Shown: positions 1 to 9,134 of the stretch, in pieces | Layout: every line of letters starts with the position of its first letter | Position numbering within the stretch: the stretch's first letter is position 1 | Source: an uncultured virus (IMG/VR IMGVR_UViG_2562617076_000004) | Lineage: Duplodnaviria > Heunggongvirae > Uroviricota > Caudoviricetes | IMG/VR virus record: IMGVR_UViG_2562617076_000004 | Length of the DNA: 64,000 bases | Strand: one strand, 5' to 3' | Position numbers and translations under genes: made by a program | The notes under the pieces: model-generated | The model's input: the letters and a program-made list of their open reading frames with translations, nothing else | What the model was told of the DNA's origin: nothing | The model's database searches: none

Positions 1-573
1 TTAATTCATTCGTTTTTTTATGCGGCTTGCCGGAAAATATCTGTATAAGGTAGATACGCCAATACCAAAAATAATAGCTAGTTGCTGCCGAGGATGGCCT
101 TTCTCTAATAGCCGGCTAATCTGTTCCTGTTCATGTCTATTGATCGCCCGAGGGCGCCCTCCCAGTCGTCCTTGCGCTCTGGCGGCAGCCAGTCCGGCAA
201 GGGTTCGCTCGACAATTAATTCTCGCTCCATCTCGGCCAGTGCTGACATTACATGAAAAAAGAATCGCCCCATCGCGCTACTGGTATCAATACTATCGGT
301 TAAAGAATGGAAGTGAGCTCCACGTTCATGTAATTCTGATATTAACGCCACCAGGTTTTTCACGCTGCGGCCCAGTCTGTCTAATTTCCAGACGACAAGA
401 GTATCGCCTTTATTTACATACTTTAACGCCCGTTTCAGGCCGGGGCGGTTTGCAATCTTGCCACTGATACGGTCCTCAAAAATGCGGTCACAATTTGCAC
501 TAGTAAGCGCATTACGCTGTAAATCGATATTTTGGTCAATTGTTGACACCCGAATATACCCAATAGTAGCCAT
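1..573 (-). CDS. hin: Hin serine DNA invertase
   Basis: 190 aa, MATIGYIRVSTIDQN serine-recombinase N-terminus and C-terminal HTH; adjacent to hix and fljB. Confidence 0.99.
   Translation of the reverse strand: MATIGYIRVSTIDQNIDLQRNALTSANCDRIFEDRISGKIANRPGLKRALKYVNKGDTLVVWKLDRLGRSVKNLVALISELHERGAHFHSLTDSIDTSSAMGRFFFHVMSALAEMERELIVERTLAGLAAARAQGRLGGRPRAINRHEQEQISRLLEKGHPRQQLAIIFGIGVSTLYRYFPASRIKKRMN
480..558 (-). promoter_or_regulatory. Fis-binding recombinational enhancer within the hin 5' coding region
   Basis: Known enhancer position; minus strand GGGTGTCAACAATTGACC...GCAAATTGTGACC; boundaries approximate. Confidence 0.75.
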
Positions 574-634
574 GATTTTCTCCTTTACATCAGATAAGGA
601 AGAATTTTAGTCGCTTTTCTCATGGAGGATTGCT

Positions 635-660
635 TTATCAAAAACCTTCCAAAAGGAAAA
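635..660. promoter_or_regulatory. hixR recombination site
   Basis: TTATCAAAAACCTTCCAAAAGGAAAA, 26 bp, immediately upstream of the fljB ATG. Confidence 0.97.
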
Positions 661-664
661 TTTT

Positions 665-2185
665 ATGGCACAAGTAATCAACACTAACAGTCTGTCGCTG
701 CTGACCCAGAATAACCTGAACAAATCCCAGTCCGCACTGGGCACCGCTATCGAGCGTCTGTCTTCTGGTCTGCGTATCAACAGCGCGAAAGACGATGCGG
801 CAGGTCAGGCGATTGCTAACCGTTTTACCGCGAACATCAAAGGTCTGACTCAGGCTTCCCGTAACGCTAACGACGGTATCTCCATTGCGCAGACCACTGA
901 AGGCGCGCTGAACGAAATCAACAACAACCTGCAGCGTGTGCGTGAACTGGCGGTTCAGTCTGCTAACAGCACTAACTCCCAGTCTGACCTCGACTCTATC
1001 CAGGCTGAAATTACCCAGCGTCTGAACGAAATCGACCGTGTATCCGGCCAGACTCAGTTCAACGGCGTGAAAGTCCTGGCGCAGGACAACACCCTGACCA
1101 TCCAGGTTGGTGCCAACGACGGTGAAACTATCGATATCGATCTGAAGCAGATCAACTCTCAGACCCTGGGTCTGGACTCACTGAACGTGCAGAAAGCGTA
1201 TGATGTGAAAGATACAGCAGTAACAACGAAAGCTTATGCCAATAATGGTACTACACTGGATGTATCGGGTCTTGATGATGCAGCTATTAAAGCGGCTACG
1301 GGTGGTACGAATGGTACGGCTTCTGTAACCGGTGGTGCGGTTAAATTTGACGCAGATAATAACAAGTACTTTGTTACTATTGGTGGCTTTACTGGTGCTG
1401 ATGCCGCCAAAAATGGCGATTATGAAGTTAACGTTGCTACTGACGGTACAGTAACCCTTGCGGCTGGCGCAACTAAAACCACAATGCCTGCTGGTGCGAC
1501 AACTAAAACAGAAGTACAGGAGTTAAAAGATACACCGGCAGTTGTTTCAGCAGATGCTAAAAATGCCTTAATTGCTGGCGGCGTTGACGCTACCGATGCT
1601 AATGGCGCTGAGTTGGTCAAAATGTCTTATACCGATAAAAATGGTAAGACAATTGAAGGCGGTTATGCGCTTAAAGCTGGCGATAAGTATTACGCCGCAG
1701 ATTACGATGAAGCGACAGGAGCAATTAAAGCTAAAACCACAAGTTATACTGCTGCTGACGGCACTACCAAAACAGCGGCTAACCAACTGGGTGGCGTAGA
1801 CGGTAAAACCGAAGTCGTTACTATCGACGGTAAAACCTACAATGCCAGCAAAGCCGCTGGTCATGATTTCAAAGCACAACCAGAGCTGGCGGAAGCAGCC
1901 GCTAAAACCACCGAAAACCCGCTGCAGAAAATTGATGCCGCGCTGGCGCAGGTGGATGCGCTGCGCTCTGATCTGGGTGCGGTACAAAACCGTTTCAACT
2001 CTGCTATCACCAACCTGGGCAATACCGTAAACAACCTGTCTGAAGCGCGTAGCCGTATCGAAGATTCCGACTACGCGACCGAAGTTTCCAACATGTCTCG
2101 CGCGCAGATTCTGCAGCAGGCCGGTACTTCCGTTCTGGCGCAGGCTAACCAGGTCCCGCAGAACGTGCTGTCTCTGTTACGTTAA
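665..2185 (+). CDS. fljB: Phase 2 flagellin (H:1,2-type variable region)
   Basis: 506 aa, MAQVINTNSLSLL...QNVLSLLR; lies between hix and fljA. Confidence 0.99.
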   Translation: MAQVINTNSLSLLTQNNLNKSQSALGTAIERLSSGLRINSAKDDAAGQAIANRFTANIKGLTQASRNANDGISIAQTTEGALNEINNNLQRVRELAVQSANSTNSQSDLDSIQAEITQRLNEIDRVSGQTQFNGVKVLAQDNTLTIQVGANDGETIDIDLKQINSQTLGLDSLNVQKAYDVKDTAVTTKAYANNGTTLDVSGLDDAAIKAATGGTNGTASVTGGAVKFDADNNKYFVTIGGFTGADAAKNGDYEVNVATDGTVTLAAGATKTTMPAGATTKTEVQELKDTPAVVSADAKNALIAGGVDATDANGAELVKMSYTDKNGKTIEGGYALKAGDKYYAADYDEATGAIKAKTTSYTAADGTTKTAANQLGGVDGKTEVVTIDGKTYNASKAAGHDFKAQPELAEAAAKTTENPLQKIDAALAQVDALRSDLGAVQNRFNSAITNLGNTVNNLSEARSRIEDSDYATEVSNMSRAQILQQAGTSVLAQANQVPQNVLSLLR

Positions 2186-2202
2186 TTTATTTCGTTTTAT
2201 TC

Positions 2203-2226
2203 AGCCCCGTGAATTCGGGGCTTTTT
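2203..2226 (+). terminator. Intrinsic terminator between fljB and fljA
   Basis: AGCCCCG-TGAATT-CGGGGCT hairpin followed by a T run. Confidence 0.85.
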
Positions 2227-2261
2227 CATTTAGCATAGATGAATATATATTTAGGGAATGT

Positions 2262-2792
2262 ATGGCTGTAAATGATATTTCCTACGGGCGAGAGGCTGAA
2301 ATATGGCCGCGGGATTATTCTATGCTTGCTCGTCGAGTTCAATTTCTACGTTTTAATGATATCCCTGTTCGATTGGTGAGTAATAATGCCCGGATAATCA
2401 TAGGCTACATTGCGAAGTTTAATCCGAGGGAAAATTTGATTCTGGCTTCGGATAAACCTAAAGGAAATAAGCGCATTGAAGTTAAATTAGAGTCTCTGGC
2501 AATTCTTGAAGAATTATCAGGTAATGACGCTTTTAATCTTTCGCTGATGCCGACTGACGAATTTAATCTTCAGCAATATACTCCATCGAGAAGAGATTAT
2601 TTCTCGATTTGCAATAAGTGCTATAAACAGGGAGTCGGTATCAAAATCTATATGAAGTATGGACAGGTTTTGACTGGCAAAACGACAGGCGTAAATGCGT
2701 GTCAGGTTGGTGTGAGGACATCCAATGGCAATCATATGCAAGTTATGTTTGACTGGGTGAGCAGGATCACGTCTTCGGACTACGCTGAATAA
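2262..2792 (+). CDS. fljA: Repressor of phase 1 flagellin (fliC) expression
   Basis: MAVNDISYGREAEIWPRDY...ITSSDYAE, directly downstream of fljB. Confidence 0.97.
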   Translation: MAVNDISYGREAEIWPRDYSMLARRVQFLRFNDIPVRLVSNNARIIIGYIAKFNPRENLILASDKPKGNKRIEVKLESLAILEELSGNDAFNLSLMPTDEFNLQQYTPSRRDYFSICNKCYKQGVGIKIYMKYGQVLTGKTTGVNACQVGVRTSNGNHMQVMFDWVSRITSSDYAE

Positions 2793-2819
2793 CGCCTACG
2801 GTAATAAAAAATTCCGTGA

Positions 2820-3042
2820 GAAAATATTGCTCCTGGAGGAACAGAGACCATTCGACAGCGCATAGATAGTTTCGCCGCTGCTCGTGCCACTACGGCCAGG
2901 ACGCTTAAAGCAGCTGACAGAAAAGAATTGATCATTAAAGCTTCGCAAAGAAGGTCTGCTGAATCTTCGCAAATCTATGGATACCGTAGCCCAACATCCT
3001 GGCGTCTCACGGGCAACTGCTTATCTTTATGCTCGACAGTCT
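2820..3042 (+). pseudogene. Frameshifted C-terminal remnant of a YheO/DauR-like HTH regulator
   Basis: Joining two frames near 2938 gives ARTLKAADRKELII/KLRKEGLLNLRKSMDTVAQHPGVSRATAYLYAR, an HTH_22-like pattern; no N-terminus. Confidence 0.55.
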
Positions 3043-3315
3043 GACTGCGAGCTTTGCCCCAGCCAGGCAGGACTCTCAGTGAGTGTTCTATTTTCTTTGA
3101 CTCTCGTATTCCAATTCTTTCAGGAGTTATTGGTGAGACTTTTGGCGTTTTGCCCTGTCACCCATCGCGCAGCCGCTTTACCCACCGCGTCATTTGACTC
3201 CAGTGTCCGTAAGGTTCTCTGCAATCCTCACCAGGCGGCAATGGACGTAAAAAAGCCCGCAGAGCTTGTGCTATACGGGCTTAGTAGACTTTACTGAACT
3301 TCAGTACATCAATAT

Positions 3316-3360
3316 TTGGGCTGGCGGGAGTTGAACCCGCGTCCGAAATTCCTACATCCT
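3316..3360 (-). repeat. att site: damaged ssrA (tmRNA) 3'-end fragment at the int-proximal end of prophage 1
   Basis: Minus strand GGATGTAGGAATTTCGGACGCGGGTTCAACTCCCGCCAGC matches the tmRNA 3' end; lacks TCCA compared with the 35736 copy. Confidence 0.93.
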
Positions 3361-3396
3361 CTTACATAGCATGGAAAAACAAAGCATTCCCAGATA

Positions 3397-3469
3397 AATC
3401 AATGTGTTGTTTGACACTGATTAACAGTGCTTAACAACCGTTAACACTCTACATGGACATTTTGTGGAT
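3397..3469 (+). promoter_or_regulatory. att arm region: IHF box, four 10-bp-phased TT(G/A)ACA repeats (Cox/Apl-type) and TGGACA arm sites
   Basis: AATCAATGTGTTG (3397-3409) fits WATCAANNNNTTR; hexamers at 3411, 3421, 3431, 3441. Confidence 0.65.
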
Positions 3470-4454
3470 CTTTTTTGCTGATTTTTAACTTAATGAACTG
3501 AGGAACGCTTGCGTCAATTGTAGAGTGATATTGAAATAAGGGGTATTTTCTATCACGATTATTGACTGAATAAGTTATTATATCCTTCATAAGTAACACA
3601 AATTCAGTGGTGAAATTATATTCAAGCATCTCAACCATTTTTAAATGAAAGTGCCAGTATGATTGTAGATATTTTTTTATATCCAATTCATCCGAAAACT
3701 TTGTTTTTAAGAATAAAATATGTTCATCTTCACCGGAGGTGGAGCACTGATAGAGTTTTTCGATCTCTAAACGCTTTAGTCCATAATGGTTGTGCAATAT
3801 TTCTAATAGTTTTTCAATTCTATATATATGGGTATATAACTCTATATAGTCATTAATTTCTTCTTTTTTAAATAGTTCAACTAGTTGGCGCCAAATTAGT
3901 TCTGCATTTTGTATGTAGTCCTTTGAAGCATCAAAATTATTATTAGTAGTTGAAGCATAAGGATAGCATTTACGATATGTAGAATAACAATTTTCAAATT
4001 CTAATTTTGTGTTCTTTTTTATTAAAGGAATATCTAAAGATTCAAGGTGTTGCAATGCTTCTATAGTGTTTTTTCTATGGGCATAGAAAAAGTCCACTTT
4101 GTTTTTCTTTTCTGCTTCTTTGATTTGTTTGTCTGTTTGTATTGTTCGGTGAATATTATTGACAACTACTCCCAGTGGAATCGATAAGGATAAAACAGCT
4201 AAAGGAAGCTTACTAATATTTAGGAAATTATTAAATCCTTCTGTATCGATTTGAAAATCGTGACCATTCCATGCAACAAATCCGAGCAGAAAAAAACTAA
4301 TTATTGGAATTGTTAGTGCGGCTTTGAATAATGGTTGATGCGTAAGAGGTTCAGCATTCATCTTGAATGCTTTTATCTTGAATAAATAACTCATGTAAAC
4401 AACCACAAATAAAATGTTAAATAAAACGATGCAGTGATTAATTGTAAGGTTCAT
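3441..4454 (-). CDS. Hypothetical AT-rich membrane protein (about 3 N-terminal TM helices), moron
   Basis: 337 aa ORF starting 6 nt after the int stop on the same strand; hydrophobic N-terminal third. Confidence 0.8.
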   Translation of the reverse strand: MNLTINHCIVLFNILFVVVYMSYLFKIKAFKMNAEPLTHQPLFKAALTIPIISFFLLGFVAWNGHDFQIDTEGFNNFLNISKLPLAVLSLSIPLGVVVNNIHRTIQTDKQIKEAEKKNKVDFFYAHRKNTIEALQHLESLDIPLIKKNTKLEFENCYSTYRKCYPYASTTNNNFDASKDYIQNAELIWRQLVELFKKEEINDYIELYTHIYRIEKLLEILHNHYGLKRLEIEKLYQCSTSGEDEHILFLKTKFSDELDIKKYLQSYWHFHLKMVEMLEYNFTTEFVLLMKDIITYSVNNRDRKYPLFQYHSTIDASVPQFIKLKISKKDPQNVHVEC

Positions 4455-4460
4455 TTTTCT

Positions 4461-5474
4461 CTAACTTATTAATGCTAAAGGGTTTTTTGTTATTACATCT
4501 TCAAGGTGCGTTGGTGCAAAGTGAGCATAGATCATAGTCATTTTTATATCTGAATGGCCTAAAATCTCTTTAAGAACAAGTATATTTCCGCCATTCATCA
4601 TAAAGTGGCTGGCAAATGTATGTCGTAATACATGTGTACACTGGCCTTCTGGCAGTTCAATCCCCGCTTTAGCTACAGTACGCTCAAAAGTTTTACGGCA
4701 CGGGGTAAACAACTGGCCTCGTTTTTTTGGTATCTCGTTATAAAGTTCTTTTGAGATAGGTATAGAACGTACCTTTCTACTTTTCGTATTTTTGTAAGTG
4801 ATACGGTATGGCGTAACTTGAGAGCCTTCCAGATTTTCCGCTTCACTCCATCGTGCGCCAGTCGCGAGGCAGATTTTCGCAATAATTAGCACACTGGGGC
4901 TGTTTGATTCAGATAAATATTGAAGTAGTGTTTTTATCTCCTCCGGATACAAAAAGGAAACCATTTTTTCATCTACTTTGAACGTAGGTATTCCTGAAAG
5001 TGGGTTGGGAAGTGACCAGTGTCCTAATTTTTTTAACGTACCGAATACTGCGGATAGATTACGTTGCTCATGGTTAACTGTTTGCGGCTGTATTGGCATG
5101 CAGCGTCCGTTAACATCTGGGATTTCACCCTTCAGGCGGCCTTCTCTGTATTTACTGAAATCTGCAGCTGTGATTTGAGCTGCAATTGGGTTCCCCATAC
5201 CAGCGCAAATACCTTTCAATTTTGACATCATGCGGTCCGAATCTGCTAACGTCCGGCCATACAAATCATGCCACAGCTCAATCAGTTCTGATAATCGTCG
5301 ATTATCTTGCTTTTCACCTAGCCAAGGCTTTTCTTCCATTTCACTGGTGATGTATTTCTCATACGCCAGCGCTTCCCCTTTAGTGGCAAATTTTCTACGT
5401 ATGCGCTTACCTTTCACACCAGTAGGTCGAAGGTCGCATAGCCACTCTCCTGAGCCTGTTTTTCGTACAGCCAT
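4461..5474 (-). CDS. int: Tyrosine integrase (186/HP1/Fels-2 family)
   Basis: TGARWSE, HVLRHTF and LGH..IKMTMIY motifs; similar to the integrase at 35898. Confidence 0.97.
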   Translation of the reverse strand: MAVRKTGSGEWLCDLRPTGVKGKRIRRKFATKGEALAYEKYITSEMEEKPWLGEKQDNRRLSELIELWHDLYGRTLADSDRMMSKLKGICAGMGNPIAAQITAADFSKYREGRLKGEIPDVNGRCMPIQPQTVNHEQRNLSAVFGTLKKLGHWSLPNPLSGIPTFKVDEKMVSFLYPEEIKTLLQYLSESNSPSVLIIAKICLATGARWSEAENLEGSQVTPYRITYKNTKSRKVRSIPISKELYNEIPKKRGQLFTPCRKTFERTVAKAGIELPEGQCTHVLRHTFASHFMMNGGNILVLKEILGHSDIKMTMIYAHFAPTHLEDVITKNPLALIS

Positions 5475-6046
5475 TAAGCACTAACTACCATCGTCATGAT
5501 GACTTTGCCAAGGATGGTCACATCATCAATTTCACAATCTAACGGATATTTTCCCCAGTCAATTCGCAACTTATTACCGGGAAGAAGGGATAATTCTTTT
5601 ATGCTCTGTGTTCCTGAGTATTCAATCAGATATTTGCCCTCGGCTGCGGCATAATTTGCCTTATCAACTAAGTATTTTGCGTTCCCTTCGACAATGATTT
5701 CAAGATCACCTGTGTGGTCAGGAATCATCACTTTGTCAAACATCAAGGATGATATTTTAACCAACTTCGAATTATCAAATTTGAATGAAGGGATCCTGAC
5801 AATATCACTGGAAGCATGATCGAACATAGCCCCATCGCCAGTTACAAGCCAGAGTAATGAAGCACCCGTTTCGAGGGAGCATCTCAATGCTATGTCGGAA
5901 GGAAAGTTATTTCTTAGAATCCGGCTGCCAAGAGAGCTATTTGTAATTCCAAGATGGCGGGCAAGCTGGTTACGCGAAGTAAACCCATAAGCCTCACAAA
6001 TACGCTCAATTCCTTCCCGTGCGCCTGTCTCTAGATCTATTTTCAT
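5474..6046 (-). CDS. cI: Immunity repressor CI (186/HP1-type)
   Basis: N-terminal HTH (EAYGFTSRNQLARHLGIT) and ETGASLLWL motif; TAATG coupling to int; start at MKIDLE is inferred. Confidence 0.9.
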   Translation of the reverse strand: MKIDLETGAREGIERICEAYGFTSRNQLARHLGITNSSLGSRILRNNFPSDIALRCSLETGASLLWLVTGDGAMFDHASSDIVRIPSFKFDNSKLVKISSLMFDKVMIPDHTGDLEIIVEGNAKYLVDKANYAAAEGKYLIEYSGTQSIKELSLLPGNKLRIDWGKYPLDCEIDDVTILGKVIMTMVVSA

Positions 6047-6116
6047 TAGAAAAAGCCTGTCATAAATTATTGACAGCAGGCATATTCGATCATAAAGTCC
6101 AAATGAACGGCAAAGC

Positions 6117-6162
6117 CTGCCATTGATTAACAAGGATTGCCAGTCGCTGACACCGATTGACA
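6117..6162 (+). promoter_or_regulatory. Five 10-bp-phased YTRMCA repeats in the lysis/lysogeny switch (Cox/Apl operator)
   Basis: CTGCCA 6117, TTAACA 6127, TTGCCA 6137, CTGACA 6147, TTGACA 6157. Confidence 0.65.
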
Positions 6163-6187
6163 GTCATAAACTGTGAGAGTTTGCCTT

Positions 6188-6391
6188 ATGACTAGCACTG
6201 TTTCAACACATAGCGAGAATCGTTGGGTTGATTTAAACACCTTCTGTGAACGTTCTGGTGTGCCTTTACGTCGCGCTCGTTACTGGTATCAAAATGGTCG
6301 CCTGAAAATAAAGCCGAAAGTCACTCCAGGAGAGCGGGTATATGTTGACTGGCTCGCATGGACAGCTGATCAGGGGCCGCGAGTTTCTTAA
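6188..6391 (+). CDS. Cox/Apl-like excisionase-repressor
   Basis: Small winged-HTH-like ORF, divergent from cI and first in the early operon. Confidence 0.75.
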   Translation: MTSTVSTHSENRWVDLNTFCERSGVPLRRARYWYQNGRLKIKPKVTPGERVYVDWLAWTADQGPRVS

Positions 6392-6428
6392 CTCCTTATC
6401 AATGTTAGATATTTTTGAGGCGGAGACT

Positions 6429-6932
6429 ATGTTTGATTATCAGACTTCCAAACATGCGCACTTTGATGCGGCTTGCCGAGCATTTGCGATTGAACACAAT
6501 CTGGAAGATGTGGCCGCTGCTGTTGGCATGAGGCCGCAGGTCCTGCGCAACAAATTGAATCCAGCACAGCCGCACCGTTTAACCTGTGACGAGCTTTTAG
6601 CCATTACGGATTACACCGAAGATGCGCGTTTACTGGATGGAATGCTGGGGCAGATTAACTGCCTTCCATCCGTACCGGTGAACAATGCCACCGAAGGCAA
6701 CATGCAGCTGTGCGCACTGAGTGCAACAGCCAGTGTGGGCGCAATTGCTGGGGAAGCCGTATCAACTGGTCATATGACTGCCGCCCGCCGTACACAAATT
6801 CTGGATCGCGCTCGCGATGCAATCCGTAGCTTATCCGTACTGGCTTATACCGTTGAAAGCCGTATCCAGTCTGCGCCCGTTCTGGCCGCAGCGGTGGATC
6901 TGGTGACGGCTAACGCCACCGGCTTGATGTGA
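6429..6932 (+). CDS. cII: CII family establishment activator
   Basis: MFDYQTSKHAHFDAAC...LRNKLNP.QPH.L, 186-type CII. Confidence 0.9.
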   Translation: MFDYQTSKHAHFDAACRAFAIEHNLEDVAAAVGMRPQVLRNKLNPAQPHRLTCDELLAITDYTEDARLLDGMLGQINCLPSVPVNNATEGNMQLCALSATASVGAIAGEAVSTGHMTAARRTQILDRARDAIRSLSVLAYTVESRIQSAPVLAAAVDLVTANATGLM

Positions 6933-6941
6933 GGGAACATT

Positions 6942-7169
6942 ATGAAAGCGTTTGTGACTTACCTGAAAAAAGAATCACCGGCTATGCAGTTACCCAGTGG
7001 TTCAACCGGTTGGATAGAACTGCCGAACGGCCAGCGTTGGAATCCTGGTCACACCTATAAATTCAATGCACATGAGTCTGTCCAGATGAAGGGCGGTTCT
7101 GTTCTGCGTTTCCTGACGACTAAAATCCGCCGCTTGCTGGGAATGGTTGGGGGGCGTTATGGCAATTAA
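6942..7169 (+). CDS. Fil-family early protein
   Basis: SPAM...GWI..P.GQRWNP motif, located after cII. Confidence 0.65.
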   Translation: MKAFVTYLKKESPAMQLPSGSTGWIELPNGQRWNPGHTYKFNAHESVQMKGGSVLRFLTTKIRRLLGMVGGRYGN

Positions 7170-7584
7170 CCAGGAACAGCAAAAGCGTGGGCTGGATCAT
7201 CTTAAAAAGATTCGGCGCAAATATTTTAGTACCAGCAGTGAAGCCGCTGAATGGTGGGACAACCTGACACCAGAATGGCGCGGGGTGGTTCTTCATGCTG
7301 CTGCAATCAATTCCAGATCCGGAGTTTTTAAACGCAGCTTAAGTAATTGTTGCTGGCGAGAACTTTTTGAGCGGTTGGAGTATCGGGACATGATACAGCT
7401 GCGCCAGGGAATTTCCCGTGCTCGTTTAACTTTTAGCGGATTCGGGAGTTTACGGGACAGTGATTTCTCCAGACGAACCGCTGAACGTCCAGTAAAAATC
7501 GTCCATCCCATTAATACCAGGAACAAAGTGCAGATGATTATCGCACCTCATATTGTCCATAAATTGCAGCAGGGGAATCACTGA
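7159..7584 (+). CDS. Early phage protein (gpB/DUF5347 position)
   Basis: RGLDHL..IR.K motif resembling the 39327 ORF; syntenic. Confidence 0.6.
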   Translation: MAINQEQQKRGLDHLKKIRRKYFSTSSEAAEWWDNLTPEWRGVVLHAAAINSRSGVFKRSLSNCCWRELFERLEYRDMIQLRQGISRARLTFSGFGSLRDSDFSRRTAERPVKIVHPINTRNKVQMIIAPHIVHKLQQGNH

Positions 7585-7985
7585 TGAGCATTATTTCTGT
7601 AGAGGGTAAATCGTTGGGGGCTGAACTGGCTGTGTGGGGAGTCCCGCATAACTACGCGGTAGCGTTTGCAGAGAAAAGCGCCAGTAAAAATGGCCGCATT
7701 GCGTTGCATCCGTTCTTCTTCAATGACACCGAACACATGACTAACCAGCGCCACTGGCTGGCGATCAATGCCGCTTTCTGGTGCTGCGTGTACCGCGAAG
7801 CTGAGAGCAAAGAGGCACAGATTGAAGCGCTGGCGGGGATTCGCGCAATTTTCTATACAGCCGGGGCGCTGGGTGTTGGCGAGATAAAGGCGCTGATCCA
7901 GGAGTGGTGGCGGACAACCTATGAGCTTCACCTTATTCCGGCACCGAATTATTCAGCCGTCACTACACAACCCGCTTTTCACTAA
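7584..7985 (+). CDS. Hypothetical early phage protein
   Basis: 133 aa, TGATG-coupled to the upstream gene. Confidence 0.65.
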   Translation: MSIISVEGKSLGAELAVWGVPHNYAVAFAEKSASKNGRIALHPFFFNDTEHMTNQRHWLAINAAFWCCVYREAESKEAQIEALAGIRAIFYTAGALGVGEIKALIQEWWRTTYELHLIPAPNYSAVTTQPAFH

Positions 7986-8052
7986 TTAACAACCTGAATT
8001 TTTTGGCCACGGTTCAAGTGGCCGGGGATTCTTTTGTCTTGAGGATATTGAA

Positions 8053-8283
8053 ATGGCACAAATTAGCTCTGAAGTAAACGTTACTACTCCTCTTTCAAAC
8101 TATCAGGAAATCTTAAAAAAAGCCGTAGATGAGGGAAAGGCAGCAGTCGCCGTTCTGTTTTCCTCTCGTCTGGATAAGCTGGCCACCCATGCGGCCACCG
8201 AGGGGCTTAATGCTGCTGAAATAATTGAACTGTTGCGCGAAGAATCGGTGATTTTTGGTAAGGGCGGTGCCGCATGGCAGTAA
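8053..8283 (+). CDS. DUF2732-like early protein
   Basis: SSRLDKLA.H....L.AAEIIELLREE motif. Confidence 0.7.
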   Translation: MAQISSEVNVTTPLSNYQEILKKAVDEGKAAVAVLFSSRLDKLATHAATEGLNAAEIIELLREESVIFGKGGAAWQ

Positions 8284-9134
8284 AAACTCCTCTTAAATGG
8301 GTGGGCAGCAAAGCCCGCCTTATGCCGAAGTTGCGCCAGCATCTTCCAGAAGGTAAACGCCTGGTTGAACCGTTCGCCGGTTCCTGTGCCGTCATGATGA
8401 ATACGGATTATGACGAGTATCTGATTGCAGATGTGAATCCTGATCTGGTTAATCTTTATAAAGCGATGGCATATCACACAGATGCGTTGCTTAATGAGCT
8501 GGAGAGTCTGTTTACTGCCGGTTCGTTAGGTGACGAAGAAAGCCGAGCGGTTTTCTATTACGCGGTGCGTGATGCGTTCAACCTGTCAGGTAAATCCTTT
8601 GGTTCGGAATCCGTAGAAGCTGCTGCGCGTTTCCTGTACCTGAACCGGCACTGCTTTAATGGCCTGTGCCGGTACAATCGCCGCGGTCAGTTCAATGTTC
8701 CGTTTGGTAAGTACAAAAAGCCTTATTTCCCTGCTGATGAAATCTGCGCCTTTGCTGAAAAAGCAAAGCGCGCAACATTCATTACTGCCGACTATTCAGA
8801 AACGCTCGATTTGGTTCGGGACGGGAATGACGTTGTTTACTGCGATCCGCCTTATCTGACAGATAGCGATAATTTCACCGCTTACCATGAGCGTGGTTTT
8901 TCGCACATGGATCAGGGGCGGCTGGCGCGTAAGCTGCGGCGCCTGGCTGAACGTGGAGTTCAGGTAGTAGCGTCAAACAGCGATCTGGAAATGGTGCATT
9001 ACCTTTATGCAGGGTTTGAAGCCTTAAAGGTTAATGCGCCGCGTAGTGTTGGTGCGGCAGCTGCAAGCCCGAAAATGGCGGCAGAACTGATACTTAAATG
9101 GCCTTTACCGACGAATCCTGAGGCCAGCGCATGA
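8274..9134 (+). CDS. dam: Dam-family DNA adenine methyltransferase
   Basis: LKWVGSK, EPFAGS and YCDPPY motifs. Confidence 0.95.
   Translation: MAVKTPLKWVGSKARLMPKLRQHLPEGKRLVEPFAGSCAVMMNTDYDEYLIADVNPDLVNLYKAMAYHTDALLNELESLFTAGSLGDEESRAVFYYAVRDAFNLSGKSFGSESVEAAARFLYLNRHCFNGLCRYNRRGQFNVPFGKYKKPYFPADEICAFAEKAKRATFITADYSETLDLVRDGNDVVYCDPPYLTDSDNFTAYHERGFSHMDQGRLARKLRRLAERGVQVVASNSDLEMVHYLYAGFEALKVNAPRSVGAAAASPKMAAELILKWPLPTNPEASA

Larger units (their letters stand above)
1..648. mobile_element. H invertible segment (partial), fljB-OFF orientation
   Basis: hin start lies ~60 bp from the fljB-proximal hix site and hin points away from fljB, so the fljB promoter is at the far end, outside the window. 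Confidence 0.9.

Noticed and set aside
2977..3297. 106-aa ORF as a real gene
   Set aside because: Its first ~20 codons are the tail of a frameshifted HTH remnant; the rest reads through non-coding DNA
3411..3446. CRISPR-like or tandem-repeat array
   Set aside because: Units are 6-bp motifs at a 10-bp period, consistent with protein-binding arrays; no repeat-spacer structure or cas genes anywhere in the window
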